Source: Mizuhopecten yessoensis
Taxonomy: Eukaryota
NCBI RefSeq assembly: GCF_002113885.1
Contig: NW_018480066.1
Coordinates: 651,786 to 715,785 of the forward strand
Reading direction: 5' to 3'
Length of the DNA stretch: 64,000 nt
The notes beneath the pieces are model-generated. The model saw only the letters and a program-made list of their open reading frames with translations. It ran no database searches and was not told the DNA's origin. Positions 49,976 through 64,000 of the stretch are shown one piece after another (within the stretch, counting starts at the first letter, position 1; each line of letters begins with the position of its first letter). The position numbers and the translations under genes are program-made.

Positions 49976-52900
49976 TCATGTCTTTCGCCGTGTGATGTGA
50001 TCATAGATGACTGCCTGAACATACTTGCAGGTTTCAATGACGGTCCGGGTGGAGTTATCACCGGGTGTGGTCACCTGTAAATACACATAGTCCCTTCTTG
50101 TAAACAGAATTCAAAAGTGGTTTGCTGTAATTTAGTCTGAACACTTTCCTTTCAATAAATGCTTTAAGTTGCAGATTCATAAACATTTCGTAACTTAGGA
50201 AATTCCTTAACTAAAGATTTCCAATAGGAAACAGTGATAGAAAATTTTAACAAAATTTAAGATTTTTTTTAACAAAATTTTAGAAAATTTCCTTAAATGG
50301 TATCTGTGTTTGAGGAATGTCCTTAAGTAGAGGAAAGTTTGTGAAACTGGGGTCAGAAGAAATTCATTATTTAGATCTAAATTACAAAAAAAAAAAGAGA
50401 TGACAAAATGTAAAAAAAAAGGCAAGGAAAACCAAACATTCATCCATCCCTCAATAGCAGCAGAGACAATTTATACATTCAGTTAAGTACGACACTTATT
50501 TATACTATCATCATTTGCCAAGTTAATCCTAGCATTTCTTTGTACTTGTTTTATTGTTTGCACTTGTTTATGCTTGTGTTATTGTTTAGAGTGGGAAATT
50601 TCTGATGAATCCTGTCATTATATGCAGCAAATGGTGTAAGGTAAAGATAGCACTGAGCCCATCCTTTCTTTGGTGTCTGCATCGAGTCCCTTACCTTAGG
50701 GTCAACGTTGATGATTTTTCTGTCTCGCTTGTTTTTGAACAACAGTCCAGATGCATTCTCTGCAATGACCTGGTAGTTAGGTGTTGGGTTAGATGTGGAT
50801 GTCTGTGTTTCCCAGTTGTAAAAGCTATAAAATGTCAAAAATTCTTTTACAAATGTGATTAAATCAGGTTTCCTTTTTATTTCAGCCATTATCTCAATTG
50901 AGAAGAAAATGCAATATTTCAACTTACTGTAAATCACATTGTTTTGGAAGTACAACATTGTATAAAAAAACCCACTGTACAAGTAAAAATTCAGAAATAG
51001 ACTTCTTCTTGAATTAAAAGTGAATGCATAATTTACTGGAACAGAACACAGTTATTTCTTTGCTTGGTCATCAAAATACATGTCTACCAATATTAAATTT
51101 AATCATATATGGTGTGTCATCAATAAGTATTTCTGATAAGCTATACCTTAAATCAGACGGCCTAGGCAATAATCTTTTCCTTGCACCAAAGTATGGTTCA
51201 AAATCTTCTGTCTTCAGTCTGTGAGCATAATCTACATAGCCAGAAATCTCCTGTCCTCGAGCATTCTTGTCTCGGATGAAGATGATTGTCTACAAAAACA
51301 AAAATTTAGACAAATCTTGATGATGTTTAATTGTATTTACAATTCTCCCTAAAGATTTGAAGCTTGCACTATTTTCTTAAAAGAATAAGAAATGCCCAAT
51401 TCCATTCCTTAAACAAAATTACAGTGATATGTATATATATACATATATTTTATCTATGCACCGGGAAAATCCTGGAATTTGAGAGCAGTGGGCCATTTCA
51501 GCAATTTTTAGTCAATATCAAAATTAAGAGGGGCCATTGTTTGTAAAATTAAAAGAAAATTGAAACATGGAGGGGTCAATTTCAGTTTTGAGGGGTCAAT
51601 GATTATCCCTGTGATGCATATTTTATTTTCATTTTCAAAGTAAAGAAACTGACAAACGTTTGTTAAACAGAAGGCCTCAACAACATACCATTAGTTCCCC
51701 TTAATATAAATATATTAGCAACGGAATCCCATATCAAGATCATCTTATTCTTGTATATTTTTTCAAAAAGGAAAACCTGTTCCGAAATGTTATATTTTCA
51801 CTGTGCAGAAATGTTCCATTTTCTTCATAACTTACAGTCATTTTCCCGCTCCTGTTTGCCTCTTCTCTATGAGCAAGTGCTTTCAAAAATGGGTCCTTCA
51901 GTTCCTTTCCTGAACTTGCAAGTGTCCTTTATAACATATGCAATTAGATGATTCAAAAATTCGTACAATTTATATTTGACTGTAAATGTGAGATCAAACA
52001 TTTATACAGGTAATGATAACAATTGACGATCGTTGACTTGATGGTAATGTGGAGATACACCAACACTCATAATGTATGTTACTTTCAAAAGTAGTACAGT
52101 CTAGTTACATACATCATTTGACTAAAGGTTTTACATTAAACACCTATACCTACTATATCTTGACATTTTACTTCACCCTTTAAGAATGTCAGCTAAATCA
52201 TGTAGATCTACTGAAGAAGGTAAAGGAAAGGGCCTATCTGGGACTGGTTTGACTGAAAATGGAGTCCTGTGCTACCGTATGGGACCCAAAAGCAGTGAGA
52301 GACTTCTATCCAGACTCCAACATGCCCAAGTGGATAAGATCGAAATGGTATAGGGATGAACAGCCCGGTGGGTCCTTAACAGATATAATAACACCTCCAG
52401 TGTCACAGACGTGCCATCAGATCTAGGAAGGAGGACACTGGAACACTGATGTGCTGACGCCAGACTGACAGTATTCTATAAAATCTGGAACAACCTGGTA
52501 GCCATCAACCCGAAGGATCAGCTCATCTCGTAGCAGAGGCCGTGAACACCAGTACCGGCAGATCCAACCCACCAAAGACTATACCAGATCATCTTTCTAC
52601 CCTCGAACTGTAATCCAGTAGAACAGCTTGCCAAGAGACAGAAGTCTCGAAGATCAACCACAGTTGCCTCATCTAAACTTAAACTTTCTCCCTTCTTACT
52701 TTACTTTCCCTATATATTCACACTTTCCTATGCTTTCGATCAAACTTTGCTTTATTTTTTCCCTTTCGCACATGTTACATCTGGTGATAATCTTCGGATG
52801 AAGGACTACCAGTCAACAGGCAAAAGCAGGTACTACGTAAACATTCCAAAATTTTACTTTAAACATGTACTAGCATAAAGGAAGAAATGGTGGTTGCTCA

Positions 52901-54154
52901 TATTTTAGAACATAATATATGTACATAAAATTTGTTTAAAAAGAGTGTAAAACAACAATGTTGGGTGCTCCTAACTTACTTTTGCTGACTACGTTTAGAC
53001 AGCCGACTGGCCTCTGCTGCCTGTTTCCTTGCCTCAAACTCCTCCCTCTTCAACACCTCCCCACTCCCTCTGTACCCCAATTCCACAACCTGACGTGCCA
53101 ACTCTTCATCCTGTAACAATTAAAACATTAGTATCATTATAATATTTAGATGTTATGTTTTATGTTTTATGGACATTCTTCGTTTCTTTTTTTTTTGTAT
53201 TTTGACTCTCCAAAATAACAGCACTGTTGAAAATATAAGGTTGTAATATGGCTGTGTATATCAATTATCTGTGTCAATATGTTTACCTCAAAACTGCTGT
53301 TTCAATTAATATACATTGTATGTCATTCATACTTGCCAACCCTCCCTATTTAGGAGGGAGACTCCCGATTTTGGACCCTTAATTTTAATGTTTGCAAAGA
53401 GTGAATATGCTGAACTGTCCCTTTAAAAGAAACTCCCCATGGAAATTTCAAAAAGGTGGCAAGTATGGTCATTACTGCTGTCATTTGACCATGTATTTCC
53501 AGTTGTAATGTGTGGACATGAACTTCCAGGATGACACAATAGTTTTGTATTGACTATATGTATGATGATACTGCGGTGTTGATATGACTGTCTCAATACG
53601 TACTGCTGTATCAATATGACAATACTACATGTTGTGTCATTATGTTTGTAAATACTACTACGTCTAAACAGAAGTGTCATTATCTGTCAATACTGCTGTT
53701 CATACCTAAATTCTTACCAATTTATTATTATAAACTTGCATATATTCATGTACACGTACTATACAAAATATCAAAATAAATCTGATGCAAAGTGGTGGTC
53801 TATGGTTTATAAGTTTACATAAATCGACATATACACATACACACCACATGTGTACCATGTCAGTATGATTACTGTAGACACAAACGGTCTCCTTTAATTG
53901 GTACATCAGGATGACAGTCCGGTTCACACTTTGATATTGGTTTTACAGCACCGGTGTATATGGGGAACCGTATAAAGTACAGATAAAGAGATACATAACG
54001 TTTAATTTAACAAAATTCATCGATAAAATAGACATCACTATGTTACCTCTAAGTAAAATAGATCTATAGGTTTTATCTGCGAGTCCAAAAAGTCTTCATA
54101 AGTATTGAATTCTGCGACAATGTTATCGCCTCCACTTGTCACTTCCTCCTCCAT
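49976..54154 (-). CDS. CFAP299: Cilia- and flagella-associated protein 299 (C4orf22 homolog), 233 aa, six exons
   Basis: Exons 54154-54047, 53110-52980, 51926-51836, 51289-51147, 50824-50695 and 50074-49976 total 702 nt, all GT-AG and in phase. Protein [94 protein letters not shown]. Confidence 0.95.
52225..52830 (+). mobile_element. Decayed CR1/L2-group LINE 3' fragment in CFAP299 intron 2
   Basis: [40 protein letters not shown] with stops. Confidence 0.7.
53328..53467. mobile_element. MITE with 6-bp flanking direct repeat
   Basis: TIR catacttgcca / tggcaagtatg; GTCATT on both sides (53322-53327 and 53468-53473). Confidence 0.75.
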
Positions 54155-54750
54155 TTTCCAAGTTGTTTACATGCCTAACAACACCTATAAATTTCACTTT
54201 GCGCATTGAAATATAGTTTTAAGCTTTGATATTTCACTCCCTATTTATTTAAATTTAGATATATAAATACATTTAACAACAATTTCTCATATTAAATTAT
54301 GTCAAAAATATCTTAATTACGTAATCTTAAAGGTTAATCACGTAATTAACAAGAAGAAAATAGTTCTTCAATTTAGCGTAGTAATCGATAGCTTCTATAG
54401 TAACAAAAGCGCGCAAAATCTCGATTAAGAAAATAATTGCAAATGATATGTAATTATTTCGTAACATGTATATAATTTCCCGAACATAATTTTGTTGGTC
54501 TACATATAATTCTGATGCTAAGAAAATATCGTTATTTAAATACTATTTTTGTCTCGCACATCCGATTTGTAAACGAGTCGTCAAGACGACACTGTCATGG
54601 CGGCTGCTGTCGCGATTTAGTCTATTTTGATTTGTGTCAAAGGAGATATTCGTTATACTTGAGGATAACTGCAGATGACAGCTATGTAAATAACCGTTTT
54701 TCAAATAGTTCTAATATCTGATACCGACATATACCGATATACCGCCCGTG
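54155..54750. promoter_or_regulatory. Putative bidirectional promoter (CFAP299 / unknown gene) with X-box-like and forkhead motifs, plus a non-coding first exon
   Basis: TGTTTAC at 54164-54170; X-box-like GCTTCTATAGTAAC at 54391-54404; CpG-enriched 54555-54615; donor GTG|gtaagt at 54751. Confidence 0.55.
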
Positions 54751-55434
54751 GTAAGTGGAAAGTTGCTGAGCAAGCACCTGTTACAGTACCAGACAACTTT
54801 CTTTTTGAAAGTTAAAAAGTCACTTGCACATATATAACAACATACTTTTCATCAATCTAAAGCAAATTCCGTATTTCTGCTCCTGATCGAAGTCTTTATG
54901 TGCCTTTTGGGTTTTTGTTAAGTATATAAACGTCAATTCATTTTAATGCAAAGGGTGCTTAATTTTTACCTCATCAGGTCGTCATTTTAGTCTCAATTTA
55001 CTTCAAAATGTCTCTCCTACCGTAACTCATTTTTTCTACCAATCAATGTCAATATCACCCGGTGCATTTATGTGAATGCCTTAATTTCTAGATCTATAAT
55101 TGTACTTATATTATACCTTGTATTTCACTTTATGGTTAAATTTGCTGAATAAACGAATTAGAGCAACACTTTTGACATTATTAAACAAGTCAGTTTCCAA
55201 TCACTTCCTTTACAATGATAACTTAAGTATTCAACCCTGTCATTCTTGTTGAAGGCGCTGCTATGTGCCCAGTTTCTGTGCCTGTCTGTTTATATCGCAC
55301 ACAATATATATATATGTTGTGATATCCCTACAATAAAAATATGTAATGGGAAAAAATATTTTACACCTTTTTTTCAAGATTTCTATCTACTATTAGTACA
55401 AAAATGCAGCAAAATGTTTTGCACAGGATATAAT

Positions 55435-55630
55435 TGTAGTGGAACTACATGGAGTCGGACTGGGTTGATCGTCTGCGACCAGATCTAGAAAGCTCAATTG
55501 GTAGAGCGTCCGTCTAGAGTTTGCCAATCCTTGTTTCAAGCATTGTGTGATTGCTTAGCAAGGATATCAAACCCGAGTTGTAAATAGTTGTGTCTTGGGG
55601 ACAAAGACTGAGAAAAAGGAGGTAGGAGGG
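55435..55630 (+). mobile_element. Internally deleted Helenus-type TRIM (family A relative)
   Basis: Starts TGTagtggaact; agctcaattggtagagcgtccgtctagagtt; internal segment similar to 41144-41216 (gagttgtaaatagttgt); purine tract gagaaaaaggaggtaggaggg. Confidence 0.7.
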
Positions 55631-56427
55631 TTTATCACTCCACCCTCAAAATCAATAAGGTTATGTCTAAACCTCATGCAACATGATTTTCAAAAGATGA
55701 ATTTAAACTTACCCCTATAATTTTTAGCTAAGCTTTTTTTACATTTTAACTTCTGGGCAATGTAATAGAATCTGGAGACATGCATTTACCAAGAAGACAG
55801 AAATAATCAGCCGTGAAAGAAAAGCAGACTAAAACTGTGTTCAGCATTTCAACTTTTAAAATCAATATTTCAGCATTCAGATCAAAGTCTTTTTCCATCT
55901 TCTTTGACATGCCCCTTACCGGCCGTTCTCTTTATTTTCGTAGTGTTGTTATATTTGTAAAATAACACGTAGCCTGACATCATATTTATCTACATTAACT
56001 AACATTACAAACATGATATAAAACATGTATTGTGCTAATTCTACTGACAATGTAATGTATTATAACTAGCTGCTAGTCTGTTACAAATTACATGATGTCT
56101 GCATATATTCACCACTTTTTTAAGTACATTACCTAAAAAGACTTTGTTTGGGTCTAAAATAGAAAACAAAAGATTGAAGAGTGTTATTGATTTCGATTCA
56201 GTAAATCACCAGGAGTCAGATAGCTTAGCTGGTGTATTGCATCAGTATAGAGATTGGGACATGTCATTAGGTAGCCTAGGTGATGTATTACATCTGTGTA
56301 GATTTTAGAAGTCCCAAGATAAAATCTTAAAATATGGCCTTAGGTATGATATTTAATACTAAGTAGATGCAGGCGTCTAAGGTCGTGTGATATAAATATA
56401 TGTATAATAAGAGACGCTATCTCTGTC

Positions 56428-56458
<31 letters not shown>

Positions 56459-57796
56459 TTTAATTCCAACACAAGGACTTCTCAATGTTTTCTTTGTATA
56501 ATAAAGTATATTCATGGATGACCGTTGAATTTTACTTTGCAAAATGAAATGTTATGTACTACAGGATATCAGTGTTCTGGGTATAAAAATTCAGTGCGAC
56601 TTGACCAGGAATAAAATCCTGCACATTCAATTTTTGTACTTTTACCAATTGAGCTATATCTGGTGAACGGAAGTGACCTTGCCAAACAGCTCTACAGTTA
56701 TATCCGAAACAAAATTAAGGGGAGGTTACTGAATATACAAAAAAGGGTAAAAACCTCTACAGTGTAGTATTTTGCTTGCAATGGGAAAGTGGTGTTAAAG
56801 TTGATATTAAGTAATATATCAGATATTCCCAGTACATATAGCTCTCTACTGATCTACTGCCATGAGTGTTACTACCTGATTATATACAACATATATCTCC
56901 ACTAAATGTTATAAACAGTAATTTAATTAATGACACATTTCAAAGTTACAAAAGAAATAATTATTTGATGGCAGTCTCTGGTCATTCTGAGTAATGAGTG
57001 GCTTTTATTGAAGACGACTGTACGGAAATTTAAGTACCAGCAAAGGTATAGTGTTGGAAGGTAATATGTATCCTTTAATAAGATTAAGTTCTGGTAGATA
57101 TAAAAAGTGATTGAATCTCTCATAGATCAAAATTAAATTTCCAGACCAGATATTTTGTTTGTTTAATGGAAGTTTTCAATTTAATTGATTGTTACCCAGG
57201 CAAAGGACCCTATGGATTGACCATTAAGTAGCATACTTGTGGCTTATAATCTAACATTGACTTGATAAATCTTGTCTATAGCGTTTGACCGGCACTTTGT
57301 GGTGTTGATTTATATTGTTTACATTAAACACTTAGAACATTTGTGGAATGTTGACATAGCCAGGTTACAAGATTGAAGTTATCTGTTAAATTTATTGTGA
57401 GAATTATAGTTCAATAAAAGTACATTTATGGATGTGCTTGTTATAATAATATATGTATTAACTCTTTTATTTGCAAAACAGGATATACTGATACAGTCAT
57501 TTTTACGTTAAATTGTATTTACCTATAGCAGTTGTGAGAGAAATATAAATTATTAATAGGTTAACACAGTTGGGGTATTATGGGATAGAACTGTTTTGTA
57601 TTGATATTTGTTTACACGTTTATTATGCTTTGCTGAACATTTGTTCCAGGCTGATGATCTGCTGATCCATTGTTTCCCTAGCATACCTGAATTATTAAAG
57701 ATGCTGATGCTCACCTCAACTCTGCTGGTATTTGAAGATTAAATGTTAACCCTTCCGTTTGTCTGTTTCTAGTGTTGGGACATAACAAACCTCAAG

Positions 57797-60700
57797 ATGG
57801 TGCTGACAGATCTTCCTTTTGAACATGGTGCTCTGATCCACAGCAGATACACCACAATCCGCAGGCCTGACAGTGCTCCAGCTGGCATCAAAGAGGATGA
57901 GGAAAGGCGGCAACGTCAAACTAAATCTTATGCTACATTTTTAAGGTAAGACAGGAAGCAAGGGCACAATAGCTACCTTTAGATCATAGTCCTGTCAACA
58001 TGGCTACTCTGGATTGATATGAAAGAGAAAATACACTCAAAGCTTCTGTGCAATATATCACACATATAAAATAATTCAGATTAATTACTTTTAGAGGTAA
58101 AGCTTTGTAGAATAGGGGAAAATTCAGATTGGTGAATGAAGAGCTCATCCATCAGTAAAGCCTTGTGAAATAGGTATCCTCTATCACATTATTTGTATTT
58201 GTAATGAATAAGATTCTGAAACTGTAATTTTAATTGTTATTTTTTTGTGTTTTTCATTTCTAGAGAACAAGAAAGAAAAGTAGGCCCAGAAGGATTCCTC
58301 GATTCAAGTAGATATTCTCATTCTTTTGTGGTAAAGAAAGATAAATCAAAACAAAAGTTACGAAAATCAGCAGATTCAGGCATTCCTAGCCGTCCTTCAG
58401 TTGTGGCCTTCAGTGCCCGAGTGGAGAAGGATGGAAAAGACCACAAGAAGAGAATGAAGGTGATCGAGGTGAGTGTTAAGACTTAGGGAAGTCTCCTGTA
58501 TTCAAAGTGCCTGCATGAGTGCATAGTGTTATACATTTAATCTGTAACCTGTTAGGCAATATGCATGCCTCCGTATGGATCGATTTTGTTATGCATGTGT
58601 TCCAATCCTTATAGTTTATTACAAGTGATTTTAGTTAGTGGGGAAGCAGGTTGGGGCTCAGATTAAGAACTGACCTGTCCAAACACAAATTTAAATACAA
58701 ACATTCATTTTTTTTATAAAATATAATACAGGTATAGATTGAAAGAAAGAGACAAAAACAGAAAAAAGAAAGTTTTTTTTTTCATTCTGAAATTGTCAAT
58801 TAAATGTGTTTTGTGTGGTAATAATATTTGTTGTTTTCTATAGTATACACGTACATGTAAGTTTCAACTGCATTATGGATGTATTTTATTCCAAGTAAAC
58901 ATTTTTAATAATTTACAGATTTAAATTTGACTGAATTTGGAAACAGATTCTGCCATTTCTGAATGATGATATGCAGTAAAATTGAATAACTGAATTTAGA
59001 ATTGCTTCAAGTCAGTAACACTCTTTATAGGTGCATGTTTCTTTAAATGTATTAGGTGGAATTTTTTGTTGAAGTCAAAATGGTGTTGTCTTTTTTGATT
59101 TTGTACTGGTACCTTGTATTAAGGATATATAATGGGATCTTCATCTCTTCGCCAAGAGACGTTTACTTTTAGAATGATGTTAAATCTTTTATAAGTGGAA
59201 ATCATAATTAAGTCATATAATTTGTGCAGAAAGCTAACACTCCAGTAATTCTGATGTAAAGCATGCTGCTGAATTAAATATCTTATAAGGGAGGTAAACA
59301 TTTACTGGTATAATGTGTAAGGTAAGGTAGGATATATCCTTAATGTACAGCATGGTGCAGCATGCAATCAGTTCATTTAATAAAATGTGCTGAAAACACC
59401 ATTTCCACAGGAAGGCCAGATGTCCCTGAGGGTAATTATAGCCATTCTGTTACTCTGTAGTGGTGAACACTGACCATGTTAGAACAATACTCCATTGAAT
59501 TCAGATCTTTTCCCCAATGGACCTGGTATATTTATCTTAACATAAAAGATACAAAACTAATATTTGTCATCAGACCGTAGTTGTGAACTTGTAATAATTG
59601 AAATCAGATATTAGAATCTCATCATTTCTTGCATATAGAAATCATATCCTGTCCTACCTTTGGTGTAAGATGTCGTTCCTGTAGAGGTTTCTGTTGGCTT
59701 CTTTTTTCATTCTGGATCATGCAAGTTTCTAAATAGTTGTTTTATCCAGATCATGTATGTAAAGGTGGTATTTGTGACAATATTGTTATAATTTCCATTG
59801 TCCTTTCCTATAATCCTTTTTACCTCATATTCAAAATTTTGCAGTCATACTAATTGTAGCATATCTTTAGAATTTTACATTGTAGAAAGATACTTAGTAA
59901 TCATGTATTTAAATGTATAACCTTTACTGGAATACATGGAAAATACATTTTGCACTCTGATGATATATAGTAGTAATACAACAGGCTGGGCATTGAGCCT
60001 CCCTCCCTGCAACCCTGTAGGAACCGATTCCCTTCCTTCCACCCTGTATGAACTGATTCCCTCCCTGCAACCCTGTAGGAACCGATTCCCTCCCTGCAAC
60101 CCTGTAGGAACCGATTCCCTTTCTTCCACCCTGTATGAACTGATTCCCTTCCTTCCACCCTGTATGAACTGATTCCCTTCCTTCCACCCTGTATGAACCG
60201 ATTCCCTTCCTTCCACCCTGTATGAACCGATTCCCTTCCTTCCACCCTGTATGAACCGATTCCCTTCCTTCCACCCTGTATGAACTGATTCCCTTCCTTC
60301 CACCCTGTAGGAACCGATTCCCTTCCTTCCACACTGTAGGAACCGATTCCCTTCCTTCCACCCTGTAGGAACCGATTCCCTTACTTCCACCCTGTAGGAA
60401 CTGATTCCCTTACTTCCACCCTGTCTAGTATGATTCCCTACCAACCTGTTTAAACTGTCTTCCTTCCTACTGGTACCACCCTGTATAAACTGACTCATTT
60501 CCTCCCATCCTGTTTAAACTGACTCCTTTCCTCTGACCCTGTATAAACTGACTCCCATTCTATCACCCTGTATAAAGTGACTCCCATTCTATCACCCTGT
60601 ATACACTGATTCCCATTCTATCATCCTGTATAAATTGATTCCATTTCTTTCATCCTGTATAAACTGATTCCATTTTTTTCATCCTGTATAAACTGATTCC

Positions 60701-63700
60701 ATTTCTCTCATCCTGTATAAACTGATTCCATTTCTCTTATCCTGTATAAACTGATTCCATTTCTCTCATCCTGTATATAGTGATTCCCATTCTATCATCC
60801 TGTATAAACTGATTCCATTTCTCTCATCCTGTATAAACTGATTCCATTTCTCTCATCCTGTATAATCTGACTTTCTTCCTCCCTTCCTGTATAAAGTGAT
60901 TCCCATTCTATCACCCTGTATAAATTGATTCCCATTCTATCACCCTGTATAAACTGTTTCCCATTCTATCACCCTGTATAAACTGTTTCCCATCCTTTTC
61001 TTCCTGATTCCCATTCTACCATTTTGTATAAACTGATTCCCATTCTATTACCCTGTATAAACTGATTCCCATTCAATCACCCTGCATAAACTGATTCCCA
61101 TTCTACCACCCTGTATAAACTGATTCCCATTCTATAGCCCTGTATAAACTGATTCCATTTCTCTCATCCTGTATATAGTGATTCCCATTCTATCACCCCC
61201 CCTAAATTGATTCCCATTCTATCACCCTGTATAAACTGATTCCCATTTTATCACCTTGTATAAACTGATTCCCATTCTATCACCCTGTATAAACTGATTC
61301 CCATTCTATCACCTGTATAAACTGATTCCCATTCTATCACCCTGTATAAATTGATTCCCATTCTATCACCCTGTAAAAACTGATTCTCATTATATCACCC
61401 TGTATAAACTTATCTATCACCCTGTATAAACTGATTCCTTTTCTATTACCCTGTGTAAACTGATTCCCATTCTATCACCCTGTATAAACTTAATCCCTTT
61501 CGTTACTCCTGCACTGTTTAAACTGACCCTTCCATCCTCCCGACATCTATAGTCTATACACTGACCCTTCCATCCTCCCGACATCTATAGTCTATATACA
61601 CAATCTCTTTCTCTAACTTGGCCTGTTTAAAGTTCTACTTTCCTCTCTCCTGTATAATCTCTCCCTCCCTTTCTCCTAAATAAACTGTCCGTCCCTTTCT
61701 CCTATATAAACTCTCCCTCCCTTTCTCCTAAATAAACTGTCCCTCCCTTTCTCCAGTATATCGTCATTACCCTTTAGCCTATGTATAAAATGACCATACT
61801 GCAGTGTACAAATAGACAATGTCATCCTTAAGTCATTAGCTACAGTACATTTTGACATTTAAACTTTCCTACCAAGTCATTTTCTAGGTGGTAAATTATC
61901 ACATGCAGTCAAGGCATTTCTGTCATTTGTTTACATTTTAAACTAGATTTAAGATTTTAGCCTTTATTTGATAATGAAAATTAAATAGACATAATGCACA
62001 GGTGAAAATCTATTGATGGTATTTTTAAAAAAAATTTTTGATAATTTTCACTTCTTTTGACTCCACTAACCTTTTTAGAAATTGAACATTTATATATTCC
62101 TTTTACATGTAATTTTGTTTAAACAAAAATCTGTAATATTATTTATGACTATAATATTGCACTTTGTTAATTGATAACAATTTAGAAAAAAAATTGTAAG
62201 ATACACATGTTAGCAAGTGTATCAGGGCTTGTTTACAGGTAAAATAAGTCATGTGAAATAATTATAGATTTGACGCTTTTACATGCATGGTCAAACTCAT
62301 GACACTGCTAAGTTATAATTTCTGATTTCCATTTCATTATATGAAAATTTAGTTGTTTACTGATTCCAGCCATTCAGCAGCTTTCGTTTCCTTACTCAGT
62401 TTAGGGATGATCTATATAGCTGCTATAACACATATTTCCAAGGATCAGAATTTCTTGGTTTGGATCAATAGTGAACTATGAAGTTAAGGCTCCATGAACA
62501 TTTCCATTTACACAAAAACATACGGCAAAATTTAGTGTAAAATGTCAAATGACATACCGTGCAGTATCCTCTTCATACCGTGCAGTATACTCTACATATC
62601 GCGCAGTATACTCTACATACCGTGTAGTACACTGTACATACCGCACAATACGCTGTACATACCGCACAATACGCTGTACATACCGTGCAGTACACTGTAC
62701 ATACCGCACAGTACACTGGACATACCGTGCAGTACACTGTACATATTGCGCAGTACACTGGACATACCACGCAGTACTCTGGACATACCGCGCAGTACAC
62801 TCTACATACCATGCAGTACACCGTACATACCGTGCAGTAAACTGTACATATCGTGCAGTAGACTGTACATACCACGCAGTACACTTTACATCCCACGCAG
62901 TACACTGGACATACCTTGCAGTACACTGGACATACCGTGAAGTACACTGTACATATTGCGCAGTACTCTGGACATACCGTGCAGTACACCGTACATATTG
63001 CGCAGTACACTGGACATGCCACGCAGTACACTGGACATACCATGCAGTACCCTGTACATATTGCGCAGTACTCTGGACATACCGTGCAGTACACTGCACA
63101 TACCGTGCAGTACACTGCACATACCGTGCAGTACACTGTCCATACCGTGCAGTACACTGGACATACCGTGCAGTACACTGTACATACCGTGCAGTACACT
63201 GTACATACCACGCAGTACACTGTACATACCACGCAGTACACTTTACATACCATGCAGTACACTGTACATACCGCACAGTACACTGTACATACCGCGCAGT
63301 ACTATGTACATACCGCACAGTACACTGTACATACCGTGCCATACACTTTACATAATGTGCAGTACACTGTACATACCACGCAGTACACTGTAATACTGCG
63401 CAGTACACTGTACATACCGTGCAGTACACTGTACATACTGTGCAGTACATTGTACATACCGTGCAGTACACTGTACATACTGCACAGTACACTGTACATA
63501 CCACACAGTACACTGTACATACCACGCAGGACACTGTTCATACCATGCTGGACATACCGCACAGTACACTGTATCCCTTCTTTAAGGCTATTTTTGACAA
63601 TGCATCCAGTAAAAGTCCAAAATCAAAATATGTTTAATCTGGAATAGATTTAAAGTTGTAAATATTGGTGAGGTATTTTGGGTTATAGGTATTGTATACA

Positions 63701-64000
63701 GTGTTTAAGATCTGGAAAAGTCAGATTGATCAGAAACATATAAACTGGTTTCCTTTTGTACAGATATATGACACAATGTTAGCGGAACCTTGGAAATGCA
63801 TGTCCAAATAGTGTCATGTCCTTGTCATTTAAACAGTTTATAAAAACAATTTTCTGGTAAAAAAATGTTTTCACTTCTTTCATTCATGAATCAATGGCTA
63901 TAATTATTTTTTTGTCTTATTTGGGTTCAAATTGAAACAATATAGTTCTAACATTGACCTGTTTATAGGATCACATGTGGCAACACAAACAAGAGGAGCG
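57797..64000 (+). CDS. Unidentified spliced protein-coding gene, 3'-partial (basic/charged, probably coiled-coil)
   Basis: Phase-consistent exons 57797-57945 (AG|gtaaga), 58264-58468 (GAG|gtgagt) and 63969->64000: MVLTDLPFEHGALIHSRYTTIRRPDSAPAG...KDHKKRMKVIE|DHMWQHKQEE. Confidence 0.8.
59997..61500. repeat. 29-bp minisatellite, about 50 copies, with blocks of sequence subtypes
   Basis: accctgtatgaaccgattcccttccttcc grading to atcctgtataaactgattccatttctctc and accctgtataaactgattcccattctatc. Confidence 0.93.
62552..63572. repeat. 21-bp minisatellite, about 48 copies
   Basis: cataccgtgcagtacactgta; accounts for the many repetitive ORFs on both strands. Confidence 0.95.

Noticed and set aside
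62542-63647. Many long Cys/Tyr-rich ORFs on both strands
   Set aside because: Translation of a 21-bp stop-poor minisatellite inside an intron; the flanking exons join in phase without it

Overview
Eukaryotic (animal) genomic DNA, AT-rich, intron-rich and transposon-rich. The repeat types suggest a mollusc, probably a bivalve (inference). From 1 to 11 kb is a transposon patch: the intact 3' half of an RT-RNase H LINE with an (AAAC)n tail, a decayed RT + restriction-like-endonuclease (HERO/R2-type) retroelement, Helentron-derived (HINE/pearl-like) elements and another LINE fragment. An intron-containing tRNA-Ile(TAT) gene (minus strand, 11260-11369) lies head-to-head with the promoter of a complete multi-exon TMF1 gene (+, CDS 15925-45165). 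A complete six-exon CFAP299/C4orf22 gene follows in convergent orientation (-, 49976-54154). It shares a short bidirectional promoter with an unidentified spliced gene (+, from 57797, running off the window). Most notable observations: (1) three TMF1 5' splice sites have each been tandemly amplified into arrays of duplicate donors; (2) several miniature LTR elements (TRIMs) carry tRNA-derived LTRs with PBS, PPT and a near 4-bp TSD (Helenus-type architecture); (3) two candidate in-frame cassette exons sit in the 13-kb TMF1 intron; (4) a long foldback element lies in the probable TMF1 3' UTR. There are two assembly gaps (13032-13836, 44205-44698). All calls were made by eye, with no database searches.
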